The notes: generated by a model from the letters alone, not told the origin. DNA of 64,000 nucleotides from the human T2T-CHM13v2.0 reference genome, Homo sapiens (GCF_009914755.1 NC_060943.1), one strand, 5' to 3'; counted from the stretch's first letter, positions 1 through 19,910 are shown. Program-made: numbers and translations.

Positions 1-2
1 AT

Positions 3-4135
<4,133 letters not shown>

Positions 4136-5329
4136 TGAGGACACTGAGGCTCAGAAAAGGGGATGGGTTGGCCCAGCATCCCCCAGCTATGAATGTATAT
4201 TATTGAAAGAAGCCCTCAATTTTGGGATCAAAGTCCTGGACCCTTGCCCAGCCCTGCCCCTGAGTGTGTTTCTGTCAATGGAGGCCTGTCCCTCTGCATC
4301 TCCCGGCCTCAGTTTCCCCATGAGTAAACAGAAGCGGGGTGGGAGACAGTCTGGAGGAGATGGTCCCTAAAGGCTCATCCTAGTTTCCCCGCTGTGGAGG
4401 GAGGCAGGATAGCACAGAGGTTACGTCCAGGAGCTCCGGAACCAGGCAGCCTAGGGTTGGGTAAATTCTAGCTCCATCACTTAGAAACCGTGTGACCTTG
4501 GGCAAGCGGTTTCATTTTGCTGAGCCTCAGTTTTCCTCATCTGTAAAAAGATGCTCAAATCATGTCTCCCAGGGGTTGTACTGAGATATTAACCCATATC
4601 TCAGAGTAGTAGGTGCCAAGTAGGCAGATGTGACTGTTATTAGCAGCAGTGGCATCAGTGTTAAGTTGTGCTGAGAAGTGATCAGATTCTAAGCATCTCA
4701 GTCCCTGTAGAGAAAGGTGGGAACCCCCTACCCTCTGGAGGACGGTGGTGGAGGGCTAGACAGTCTGGCTGGGCTCAGGGACCTCCTGGGTCCCTGACCT
4801 CTCCAGGACTGGGAACAGCAGTGGGGCAGGAAGGAGGGAAGGAAGTCGGGGACATATTCATGTGTGTGCTGGGGGTGGGGGAGCAGGAAGAAGGACAGGA
4901 AACTCCCTCCCATCCCCTCCCCCAACTTCCCTTTCCTCCAATTTCTGCTGGACACCCTCACAGGCATCCAGGGGGTCCCTGATTCCTGTCCCACCTGGAT
5001 GGAGGTGGGGGAGGGCTAGGATGGGAGGAAGAAAGTCGGCTTGTATTCATCTGTAGGGAGGAGGTAGGAGGCCCCCACCCCACCCACTGCCAGGCCTGGC
5101 GGAGAGGAAAGGGTGCACTCTGCCTGAAGCCATCCCTCTCCCATCCGGAGGAAAAGGCCAGAGGAAGTGGAGATTTTGGCAAGGTGACCGCGGGGAGGGG
5201 CTTGTCCGCTGCGGGGTCTCCCTCCTACCAGGGAGCTAGAGGACAGGGCTCTGAGGACCCCAAAAAACCCCACCTCTTCCCTGAGCCCCCCACGGCAGGG
5301 CATGCACCTAGAGTTCCCAGCTCGGCTTT

Positions 5330-6240
5330 TCTTCTCTGGTACACACACCTCCTTGGGTCACACACCCAGGGAGAGCCCCTCTCTTCCCTCACACTGCCTT
5401 CCGTGGTGTCAAACATTCGGCAATCTCCAATACACACGGACACACACACAGCCTCCCTTGTCAAACACATGCAGAATCATCCCCATATCTCTGGTGTCAC
5501 ACACTCAGCCATTTCACACACACACCTCTCCTTGTTACACCCATACACACAGCTGGGTGTCATATGCACACGTGCCCTGTCACATGGGGACCCATCCTTC
5601 CTTCTCCTTTTTACACACCCTCGTGCGTTTCACCCACAAGCCCCAGCCTCTCCCTCGTCATACACCCACCTTCCCTGTTGCACACACCCCCTCTGATGTC
5701 ACTGTTGCACACCTCCATGTGTCACACCCAGCCACAGCCTCTCTGGAGTCACACCCACACCCTTTTCTTGTCACATCCCCTCACCAGCCACGCCTGTGTC
5801 ACACACACTGGACCCCTTTCCTCTGATCTACACGGCCTCTTCTGGCTGACACCCAGAGCCAGCCCATTCGGTGTCCCCCACACACCTCCTTGCATGTCAC
5901 ACACACCCTCTCATGTGTCACACTGTGCCACAGCCCCCTTGGGGGTGACAAGCACACACCTTTCCTTGTCACACGTACCCGCTGGAGGGTCTCAAACATG
6001 GAGCCCAGCCCCTGTCCCCTGTCTTTCTCATACACCCCCCTATGCTGTCATATTCCTGATCCCTAATGTCACACATCCAGGCTGTAGAGGGCACACATAC
6101 ACACACACGCACACACATACACACCTGTCCTAGCCTCACATTCTCCCACCTAGCTTTACACACCCACCATTTCCTCCATTTCACCCCACACACCTACCCA
6201 GCCTGTCCCCACGCACGATCCGGCCAGGGCCACACAAGCC
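5330..6240. repeat. Degenerate CA-rich low-complexity tract (UG-rich in NOVA2 pre-mRNA), intron 1
   Basis: Dense recurring tgtcacac/cacacac motifs over about 900 bp. Confidence 0.75.
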
Positions 6241-6694
6241 TCCATCTGGGACAACCCTTGTTCAGGACATCCCCAGGGAGGGAGGCTGGGAAGCTCCCGG
6301 TCCACAGGCCTCTACTCCTTCCCCTCCCCCAGCCAGGACACGCGAGCTCGGGGAACACCCCTGCTCCGAAAGGGTCACATCACACACCCCTCAAGGACAC
6401 ACAGACACCTGCCCTGAGGCTCCCACGCCCCCCATCTTCTGCGCCCCCCAAGGACACTTATCACCCCCTCCCCCCCACCCCTCTCCTCGCAGACAAAGCT
6501 CCCAGCCCCGGGCCTCAGCGAGAGGAGGAGGGGGTCCAGCCCCCTCCTCAACTCCCCGCTCTGTCCCCCGCCTCGGGGAGGGGTGTCTCTCCCCTCCCCA
6601 GAGCCCTTGCACCTGCCACGGGAGGGGGGGAAAGGATGGAGAAAGGCGAGGCCCCCTGCCCGCTCCCCCGCCCCGAGCCGCAGCCCTTTCTCAC

Positions 6695-6779
6695 CTCCCG
6701 TGTTGCTGCGCTTGGTGCAGACCACCTCGGGGGGCGTTTCGAGGGGCCTCTTGCGGGAATCCGGGGCCTCGGGCTCCAT
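6695..6779 (-). CDS. NOVA2: NOVA2 coding exon 1 (canonical start), KH-domain splicing regulator; the rest of the gene lies off the left edge of the window
   Basis: Encodes [28 protein letters not shown], recognised as the NOVA2 N-terminus with its KR-rich NLS-like motif. 85 nt (28 codons + 1), ending at a GAG|GTGAGA donor (plus-strand TCAC at 6691-6694). Confidence 0.96.
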
Positions 6780-6971
6780 GGGGGGGGCCTGGGGCGGCGG
6801 CTGCTGCTGCTGCGGCGGCTGCGGCGGCGGCGGCGGCGGCTGCTGTGGCGGCGGCGACGGCTGCTGGGGAGGCTGGGGTTGCGGCGGCGGCGGCGGCGGG
6901 GGCGGCGGCGGCTGCGGGGCCGCGGAGGCCGTGAAGAGGCCGTGCACCGCGCCGGCGGCCATCATCCTCAT
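6780..6971 (-). CDS. NOVA2: Candidate in-frame 64-aa Pro/Gln-rich N-terminal extension of NOVA2 ([23 protein letters not shown]...QAPP)
   Basis: ATGs at 6971, 6965 and 6962 are in frame with the canonical ATG at 6779 (192 nt, no stop). Contexts are CCCACC-ATG and ATG-ATG-G. Confidence 0.65.
6793..6916. repeat. Interrupted (CCG)n/(CAG)n trinucleotide tract (plus strand GGC/CTG) in NOVA2 exon 1
   Basis: Runs such as gcggcggcggcggcggcggc and ctgctgctgctg are read directly. Confidence 0.9.
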
Positions 6972-9089
6972 GGTGGGGGGGGGCGGGGGGCGGGGGGCGG
7001 GGGAGGGGGAGGGGAGGGGAGGTGGGAGGGGGAGGGGGCGGTGGAGGGATGGGGGAGGGGGAGCCCCGGAGAGGGAAGGCGGGGGTAGGGGGGAGCCGGT
7101 TCTCGGGGGGCTGACAGAGCCTGGAGAGCGGCCGTGAGCAGGATGGCAGGGCCGAGGGGGGTCTCCGATAGGGCCGGGAAAGAACTGAGAGGTGGGGTCT
7201 CTCCTGGGACCACAGAGGCTGGGGACTGGACGCGCCACTGGGGGGACGGGACTCCCCGCTTCTTCTTGGCTCCCTGGGGCAAGAGGGCCGAGCCCCCCAG
7301 ACCCTGCTCGGGGTGGGGGGCCGGAGGAGCGTGGCCGGAGTGGGAGGCGGAGGCGGCCGCTAGTGGGGGCCCGGGGGGCGGCGGGCGCGGGCGGCGGCGG
7401 CGACGGGGCTGGCGGTGGCTGCTGGCCCGAGCATCTTCTTCCCGGAGGCTCCCACAGCGCCTGGCCCCTCCCACCCAACGAGGTCACGCCCATGCCGGGT
7501 AGGGCCACGCCCTTCGGCGCCCCCATTGGTCCAGCCTTGAAGCCTGGACCACGTCCCTCTGGGTTGGCCACGCCCCTCCCGGCGGCAGAGAGCTGGACCC
7601 GACTCCCCCAGGCTGCTGGGAGGACCCCGGGCTCCTCCAAGCCGTCCCCACTCCTCACCTTGAATGAACGTTTATTGAGCACTTACTGTGTGCCAGGTCC
7701 GGTTCCAAGCAAGCACGTCACAGACGTTATCGCATTTACTCCCCAGAGCGACCAGCTCTGTGAGTTACGCTTATTATCCCTATTTTACAGATGAGGAAAC
7801 AGCCTTAGGAGCTTACTTTGACTTCACTTGGTCAAGACAAGAAATTTCGACTAGGCGCGGTGGTTCACGCCTGTCATCCCAGCACTTTGGGAGGCCGAGG
7901 CGGAAGAATCACTTGAGCCCAGGAGTTTGAGACGAGCTGGGCAACAATATTGTGAGACCCCATCTCTACAAAAAAAAAATTTTTTTTTTAATTAGCCAGG
8001 CGTGGTAGCACATGCTTGTAGCCCCAGGTACTCTGGAGTCTGAGGTGGGAGGATCTCTTGAGCACAGGAGTTTGAGGCTGCAGTCAGCCATGATCAAGCA
8101 ACTAGATTCGAGCCTGGGAGACAGAGCAAAACCTTGTCTCAAAAAAAAAAAAAAAAGAAAGAAAGAAAGAGAAAGAAATTTCACTTCACTCTTTTTCAAT
8201 CCTTTCAGCTGGGAAATTCCCCTTCAAATCTTTCATCCATCCTTTGAAGAATCAACACCGTGATGCTGAAAGGGCTCAGAGGATTGAATTCACTGAGCTG
8301 GAGTTGCAGCCTGCAGCACCTGCCCTGGGGCACAACTGGCTCTCCATTCAAACAACAGCACTCAGGGCCTACCTACTAAGTGCCAGGCACTGTCCCTGAT
8401 GCTGCGATACAATAGAGAACAAAACAGCCTTGGCCCTTGTACAGTATTACTACTCATGTCATTAAGAAAAATTTGTTTTCAGATGACAAAGTGGAGGCCT
8501 GGGAACATTGAGGGTGGCTTCTTCAAGGGCACACAGCTTGAGAGAGAGAAACTGGGATGAGAACGCAGGACAAGTCCAATTTCAGAGCCCAAAGTCATTG
8601 GAACTAGGGTGCCTTTCTTTGGAATGGATCATTGCTATTATTCTGTGTTCCTTGATGCAAGAATTTCCTTCTCCCTGGGTTCTTAACCTCCAAGGAATCT
8701 TTCCTTCCTGGGTTGGTCAGAGGCAAGATTAGGCTCAGAAGGGGTCTGGATGCAGGTAATTGTGGCCACTGCGTGATCTGCGGCAGGGGGATCGGCTCCA
8801 ACCCCCCCCTGCTCCTCCCTTGCCATGCTCTCAGGTCCCCAGGATGGGGGAGGGTAGCAGATGGCCTGGGGTGGATGGGGTGGCTACCCATCTGTCCCCT
8901 CCCCCCCATTGTCCCCAGAGCCAAGGGGGATGGGAGGGGGCTGTGGTCCACTGCAGTCTGGATCCTCCCCCTCCATCTTCCTGGAGGGAGCTGAGGAGCT
9001 GGTTGCCATGGAGATGGGGAAGAGGCAAGACGGATATAGGGAGATACGGGGGTCAGGCTGAGTACCACACCTTAGACCCTTTGAGTCAA

Positions 9090-9780
9090 ATAGCCTCACA
9101 CCACACAGGTACATATCCCAACATCCATGAAATTAGCTGTGAAGTTTCCCCCTCTGTGTGACACACACAGAGTCACACTGGCCCTGCTGCAGGTGCACGG
9201 TCTCAACACAGTCACACAGACACACTTATAGGGGATAGGCACACGTACACACACATACACACTCATCTGTAATGCACATTCAGTCATGCAGACGCAAGGC
9301 CACAACACAGGCTCTCATACACAAATAGACAGACACACATCTAATATGCAGGTATGTCCCAGGTACACACATTCAGAGCCACGACAGCTCCACACTTGGC
9401 CCCACACACTCGGAAAAGTTACAAATCCATGATCAAAGCCACAGGACATCCATGGCCTATGTTACATAAGACATATCAGCGACATGTGATGTATAGACTG
9501 ACGAACAGACTAAGTCTTTCCTTGCACACAAATTGGGTAAACACACACAACACACACATTTAGATACACGGCCCACATAGGCTAACGCACACAATAACTG
9601 GACTTCACGGGCCACTCAGTGACACGCACAACACACATGGAAAGCTGTGTGCCGCTCAGCCCCCACCCCCGAGGCATGCCTGCAGCCCCAACCCTGCGCT
9701 CCCCCCATCGAGCCCTCCCGTTTGGACACACACAACAGCACGGTCGGTCACGCACTCACACTCACACACAAACACAAACC
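9090..9780. repeat. Degenerate CA-rich low-complexity tract upstream of NOVA2
   Basis: Recurring acacac/gacaca motifs. Confidence 0.7.
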
Positions 9781-9814
9781 TCCTGCTAGATATTTTTAAA
9801 CCCGGGCTAGTTCT

Positions 9815-9854
9815 GCTGCCATGGCAACCGCCCCAAACCCATCACCATAGCAAC
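9815..9854. promoter_or_regulatory. Paired RFX X-box-like motifs
   Basis: GCTGCCATGGCAAC (9815-9828) and ATCACCATAGCAAC (9841-9854) versus the consensus GTTGCCATGGCAAC. Confidence 0.6.
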
Positions 9855-10854
9855 CCAACGTCAGCTTTCCAAGCACCAAATCCTGGGGGACTGCAGGGCC
9901 CCAATCAGAGGCTGGCGGAGGGGGCTGCTGCACCCTTTGCCATCATCCATGCCACCCTTGTGCCCCCACCCCAGAGCTTTCAGGGGAGCAGTCACCCTAG
10001 TCTGGGCAGGGGCCAGAGTCAGGGACATCAGAGACCCCCACCAAGCTGGGGCAGGGGATCCCCGAACCTGCCTTTTCCTTCCAACCTGGCAGAGCTATAT
10101 GGAGGGGCTCGTTGGAGTGAAGGTCAGCTTACAGAAGCCTGGGTTTGAGTTCTGGCCCTGCCATTTACATGCTGTGTGACTTGGGCATGCCCTTACCCTT
10201 TCTGAGTCTCTCATTCTTTAATTTGGAAAATGTTGCTGCTGCTGTTAATACCCCCTTTATTTTTATTTTATTTTTTATTTTTTAATTTTTTGGTATTTTT
10301 AGTAGAGACAAGGTTTCACCACGTTGACCAGGTGGGTCTTGAACTCTTGACCTCAGGTGATCTGCCCGCCTCGACCTCCCAAAGTGTTAGGATTACAGGC
10401 GTGAGCCACCGTGTCTGGCCAATATCCCCTTTAAATGACTGTTATGATTTGGTGGTTAAAAGCCCAGACAGATCTACATCCAGATTCTGGCTTTCCCACT
10501 TCTTAGCCATGTGAACTCAGGCAAGGGCCTTCTCCTCTCTATGACAAGTCTCAGGGGTAAATAGTCCAATTACATAGGGCTGCTGGGAAGATTCCCTAGC
10601 AAAGGGGTATGGCAACTGTCCTAAGAACTTTGCATGTATTCTAACTTATCAGTCTTAAACATGGTCTTATGGGTGGATTACTATTCTTATACCCATCTTG
10701 CGGAAAAGGAAACTGAGATCCAGAGAGCTTGCCTGGTGTCACATAGCTACAAAGTTTAGAAGGATGGGATTTGGGCCGGGTGCAGTGCCTCACGTCTGTA
10801 ATCCCAGCACTTTGGGAGGGCGAGATGGGAAGATCACTTGAGTCCAGGAGTTCA

Positions 10855-11136
<282 letters not shown>

Positions 11137-11771
11137 TTAGCCATTTCTCTCTCCTGCCTCTCAAAGAGGGCAGTTTGGAGAAGGGTGACAGAATGGTGCA
11201 TCCTTGGAAAGGCTTTCTAGCTTTGTTTTCTGGGATGAAATGAAAGGCCTCAGTCTTTCAGCCTACAGAATGGAGGTTGAAATGATACTGCTGGCTGGAG
11301 TGTCAGGAGGATCGATAAGGCAGTTTGTACCTGTTGGGCTCTGAGGACAGGCTGGCACCCCTGAGTGCTCTTGCAGGTGTGGAGCAGATCAGGAGAGGCT
11401 GGGCGAGTGGGCAAATGGGCAAGGATTACCTGTGCAGGCTCAGGAGAGAAACTCACTGGGGCTCAAGCCTCAGCTTTCCCAGCCTGGTGATCTTAGGCAT
11501 GGGATGTCTCCAGCCTAAGCCTCAGTCTTACCATCTGTCAAATGGGAATCATGACCATACTCGGGGTGTGACAAGGAGTCCATGAGCCAAAGCAGGCAAA
11601 ACCACTTGGCACGGATCTCAACAAAGAGATAAATCTGAGCTGCTATTAATATCATCCATCTACTCAGCGCACAGGATTTAGGAGAGGCAGGACTGCAAAC
11701 TTTTTTTGCAGGGTTTTTGCAAACTTTGTTGACTCACAGTGAGAAACACACATCATGATGCAATGCATATA

Positions 11772-11851
11772 TTAGGTTGGTGCAAAATTCATTGCGATTT
11801 TTATCATCAAAAGCAATGGCAAAAACCGCAGTTACATTTGCACCAACCTAA
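11772..11851. mobile_element. MADE1 (Hsmar1-derived mariner MITE)
   Basis: 80-bp near-palindrome TTAGGTTGGTGCAAA...TTTGCACCAACCTAA flanked by TA target-site duplications. Confidence 0.9.
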
Positions 11852-11865
11852 TACAACTGAAATGA

Positions 11866-12168
<303 letters not shown>

Positions 12169-12820
12169 TGAGGTGAGCCATCTGCCTTAGCTTCCCAAAG
12201 TGCTGGGATTACAGGTGTGAGCCACTATGCCCGGCTGACTCTGATTTATTCTATGCTATTGAAAAAACTACTGGTTGATTTTACAGCCTGCTAAGCAGTT
12301 GTGACCGACAGTACAGAACACCCTGGTGTGGCGATTACAATGTGGAATCCTTGAGTCCCTGGAGGATTTTAAGCAAGGAAGTGACATGGGCATCATAGGG
12401 ACGATGAAGGGGAGGGGGCTAGATGGGGGCTGGGATGAAGCCAGAATGGACTCTAAGAAGGAGGGATCCTTTGCCTTTACCCCCTGGCAGAAGCAGCGGA
12501 GATGGAGATCGTTTGAGCTTGGGAATTCAAGGCTGCAGTGAGCTGTGAGATGGAGAGGTGTGGTCATATACCAACACCAGAAAGCAGCTATCTCAGCGCT
12601 TTGCATAAAAAGGTATAGTGGGGAGGAGCATGAACCCCAGACACTCATCTGCTTGGCAAATATTTACTGAGCACCTACTATGTGTTGGGCACTGTTCTAG
12701 GTGCTGGGAATACAGCAGTGAACAAAACAGATACAAATTCCTGACCTCATGAGCTCACGTTCCAGGGAGACAGATAATCAAGTAAAAAAGTAATACATAG
12801 AGTGTGACAGATGAGGCTAA

Positions 12821-13271
<451 letters not shown>

Positions 13272-13398
13272 TGACATTTGAGCAGAGACCTGAAGGAGGT
13301 GAGGGAGTGGGCCGCATGGGTCTGTAGGGGGAGCAGCAGGTGCAAAGGCCCTGAAGCAAGAGCATGTCTAGTATGTTGGAGGAAGAGCAAGGAGCCTA

Positions 13399-13620
<222 letters not shown>

Positions 13621-13776
13621 TTAAAATAAATTACCAGATGTGGTGGCATATACCCGTAGTTCCAGCTACTCTGGAAGCTGAGGATCGCTTGAGCCCAGGA
13701 GGTCAAGGCTGCAGTGAGCCAAGATCACGCCATTGCGACAGCCTTGGTGACACAGCGAGACCCTGACTCTAAATCA

Positions 13777-14578
<802 letters not shown>

Positions 14579-15682
14579 TCAGAGTCTGTTTCCCGATTTA
14601 CAGATGAGGATGATAATAAAGCTCCCACCTCAGAGGGCTCCTGCGTAGTCTTCATTTCACTGAGCGTGAATAGCCCCTGGCACAAGTGCCGCCTGCCATT
14701 GTCACTAATTTTATCCTCAAGGCTCCTGGATCAGGGCACTTCTGTACCCTGCCCAGTGGTGCACAGGTGGGCTTTGGGGAGGAGGATAAGGAGAAGAGAT
14801 TTAATCTTGTGTGCTGATTGTGTGTTTATCTGATCCTGGGGATATCTGAGTCAGGGCTTTCTCTTCCTAACAGCCTGTCTGTAGTAGGGAGTATTGAAGT
14901 CCAGTGAGGGGTGCTAGCTTGCCCAGAAGCCCACAGTGAGTTGGGGGCTGAGCCAGGGCTAGAAATCTATCCCTGCCTCCTGTTTTCTCAGGCCTGTGTT
15001 CCCGGTCCTGGCTGCCACCTTGGTGATTTTGGCAACTGACTGAGTCCCCTCCCCCGCTCCAGCCTCAACATCTTCCTATGAGTCCCTGCTGCCTCTGGGA
15101 GAAATTCCAAACTCTCCCGGTTGCTCAGGCCAAAACCTTGCAGTTGCCCTTGACATCCCTTTCTTCCTCACACCCACATCCACTCCATCAGCAAACCCTT
15201 TCTGCTCTACCTTGAGTTCCAAATCTCACCCCATCTCCCTACCTCCAGCGGCACCACCGAATGGGGGTCCATTAGCTCCCACCTGGACTCTCCCAGGAGC
15301 CTCCTCCCTCAGACCCCACTTCCACACTGGCCCACCCTTTCCCACCAGCAACCAGAGTCATCCTTTTTTTTTGAGACCGAGTCTCGCTCTCTCGCCAAGG
15401 CCAGAGTGCTGTGGCTCAATCTCAGCTCACTGCAGCCTCCACCTCCTGGATTCAAGCTATTCTCCTGCCTCAGCCTCCCGAGAAGCTGGGATTACGGGCA
15501 CGTGCCACCACACCTGGCTAATTTTTGTATGTTTAGTAGAGACGGGGTTTCACCATGTTGGCCAGGCTGGTCTCAAACTCCTGACCTCAAATGATCTACC
15601 CGCCTTGGCCTCCCAAAGTGCTGGGATTACAGGCGTGAGCCACCGTGCCCGGCCCAGAGTCATCCTTTTCAAAGGTGAGTCA

Positions 15683-15919
<237 letters not shown>

Positions 15920-16160
15920 TCATTTGAACCCAGGAATTCAAGGCTGCAGTGAGCCTTGATGACACCACTCGCACTGCAGCCTGGGTGACAGAACAAGAGC
16001 CTGTCTCAAAAAAAAGTGTGCGTGTGGGTGATTTCTGTAAGAACCTTGAGGAACAATCTGTATTGCTCTATTTCTTGGCTTAGGTTGTGGAAGACGAAGG
16101 CACTTTCTGTGTGTCTCTTATGACTACAAATAGTACGAATGGGTCGGCTGTGGTGGCTCA

Positions 16161-16556
<396 letters not shown>

Positions 16557-16658
16557 TCACATGTCCCCCTCCCTCAGCTGCAACGCCTCCCCACCCCATG
16601 GTCCTCTCCCTCCCTGGGGATCTCGATGCTTCCCTGATTTAGAACTGCAAGTGCGTAG

Positions 16659-17123
<465 letters not shown>

Positions 17124-18380
17124 TGAGCCACCGTGCCCGGCGCTGTATGTGTGTTTTAAATTTGTAGAGTCGTTGTTAAGCTACAAACCTCATTCTCTTT
17201 CTTTCTTTCTTCTTTTTGAGAGCTCTCTGGGTGGCTATGCTTATTTCTAGCTGGAGATGAGTGCCAGAGTCTGCCCCGGTTCAAGTTCCATCCTCACTGC
17301 TTATTGGATGAATGACCTTGGGCAAGTTACTTAACCTCTCTGGGCTTCAGTTTCTCCATTTGTAAGATGAAAGTTGTTAAATAATGGTCACTTTCTCATA
17401 GGATTGTTGCAAGCTGGTTTTTTGTTTGTTTTTTAGAGATGGAATATTGCTCTGTCACCCAGGTTGGAATGCAGTGGTGCCATCATAGCTCACTGCAGCT
17501 TCAAACTCTGGTACTTATTTGGTCTTGAAACCCACTGGGAAACAGTAGAACAGTGAGTTTTGCAAAGGCAGGAACAAGGAATTGAGTAGAGGGTAACTCC
17601 TTATGCTGGAAGGTCCTGGGCTCCAGCGATCCTCCTGGCTTGACTTGCTAAAGTGCAAGCTGATATCCTTTTTTTTTTTTTTTCTGAGATGGAGTCTTGC
17701 TCTGTCGCCCAGGCTGGAGTGCAGTGGCACGATCTCGGCTGACTGCAACCTCTGCTTCCTGGGTTCAAGCAATTATCCTGCCTCAGCCTTCCAAGGAGCT
17801 GGGATTACAGGCATGCGCCACCACGCCCCGCTAATTTTTGTATTTTTAGTAGAGACGGGGTTTCACCATGTTGGCCAGGCTGGTCTTGAACTCCTGACCT
17901 CGTGATCCAACCACCTCGGTCTCCCAAAGTGCTGGGATTACAGGCATCAGTCACCGCTCCCAGCCCAAGCTGATATCTTAAAGCATTCAGCATTGGGCAT
18001 TTACTGAGCAATACACTGATGTTAGTTTCTCCCTCTTTTACATTGCTGTGTAGTATTCCACTGTGTATTCCATATTCTACTTCTCCAACCCTAATGATGG
18101 ACATCTACTTCTTTCCAACTCCTTGCTGCCTAAATTGCACTCCAATGGACATCCTCATACAAATCTCATTTAAGGGCCTGTTGGACAGTGTGATAATTGG
18201 GTCATCAGGCATCCTCACATTTAATTTCTTAAAGTATTGCTGGATTGTTCGCCAGAAGGGATGCACCTCTTTGGCCTCCTACCATCCATGGCAAATGATC
18301 CATTCTTGCATATATTCCTCCAGAACTTGATGTTCTTAGACTGTCTAATTTTTGCCAATCTGTTGGATGTCAGAGAATGA

Positions 18381-18614
<234 letters not shown>

Positions 18615-18692
18615 TAGCCAGGATGATCTCGATCTCCTGACCTCATGATCCGCCCGCCTTGGCCTCCCAAAATGCTGGGATTACAGGCATGA

Positions 18693-18854
<162 letters not shown>

Positions 18855-19073
18855 TAATGTTTTTGTATTTTTAGTAGAGATGGGGCTTCACCAGGTTGGC
18901 CAGGCTGATCTCGATCTCCTGACCTCAAGTGATCCATGCGCCTCGGCCTCCTGAAGTGCTGGGATTACAGGCCTGAGCCACAGCGCCCGGCCTTGATACT
19001 TTCTTATGTAGATCAGCTTAGCTTCTTCAGGTTTCCTCGGTCTTCATCTCTACCCAGAGTTACCACAAACTAA

Positions 19074-19496
<423 letters not shown>

Positions 19497-19910
19497 TAAT
19501 ATTTTAATTGCTGTCACAGTAGAAAAGGAATCATAATAGCACATCCCTTCTAAACTGTTATGACGATTCAGTGAATGATAATAGCCACGGTTTATTATGT
19601 GTTTACTACACGGCGTGTGCTGTGCTAAACTCTGTATACATTTACTCACTTATTTCCTCTAAAAGCTCTGGGAGGTCCCTGCTGCTGCTATCGCCCCCAT
19701 TTTATAGAGGAGAAAACTGACACATGAAGAAGTTGACTGCAAGAAGCAGAGCTGGAATTGAAATCCAGGCAGACAGGCTAACTGACCATCTCACTGCCTC
19801 TCAATGAGCCTATGCAGGAAAAACACACAGGGCTTCACAAATATTCTGTATCATCCCACCTGTGATACTCAGGCAGGGCAGTCCAGAAGGGCTTGGGGAA
19901 CGTTTGCTGA

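Larger units (their letters stand above)
6560..7620 (-). promoter_or_regulatory. NOVA2 CpG-island promoter and 5' leader
   Basis: Very GC- and CpG-rich. KLF/SP boxes GCCACGCCC at 7504-7512 and 7567-7575; CCAAT on the minus strand (ATTGG 7525-7529); no TATA box. Confidence 0.8.

Noticed and set aside
6066-7088. 340-aa plus-strand ORF
   Set aside because: Antisense shadow of the CA tract and CpG island; low complexity with no recognisable domain.
6375-7682. 435-aa minus-strand ORF as a single-exon protein
   Set aside because: It runs through the NOVA2 exon-1 donor at 6695 and begins at a non-ATG codon in promoter DNA. Its length reflects GC-rich, stop-poor sequence; only 6695-6971 is credible.
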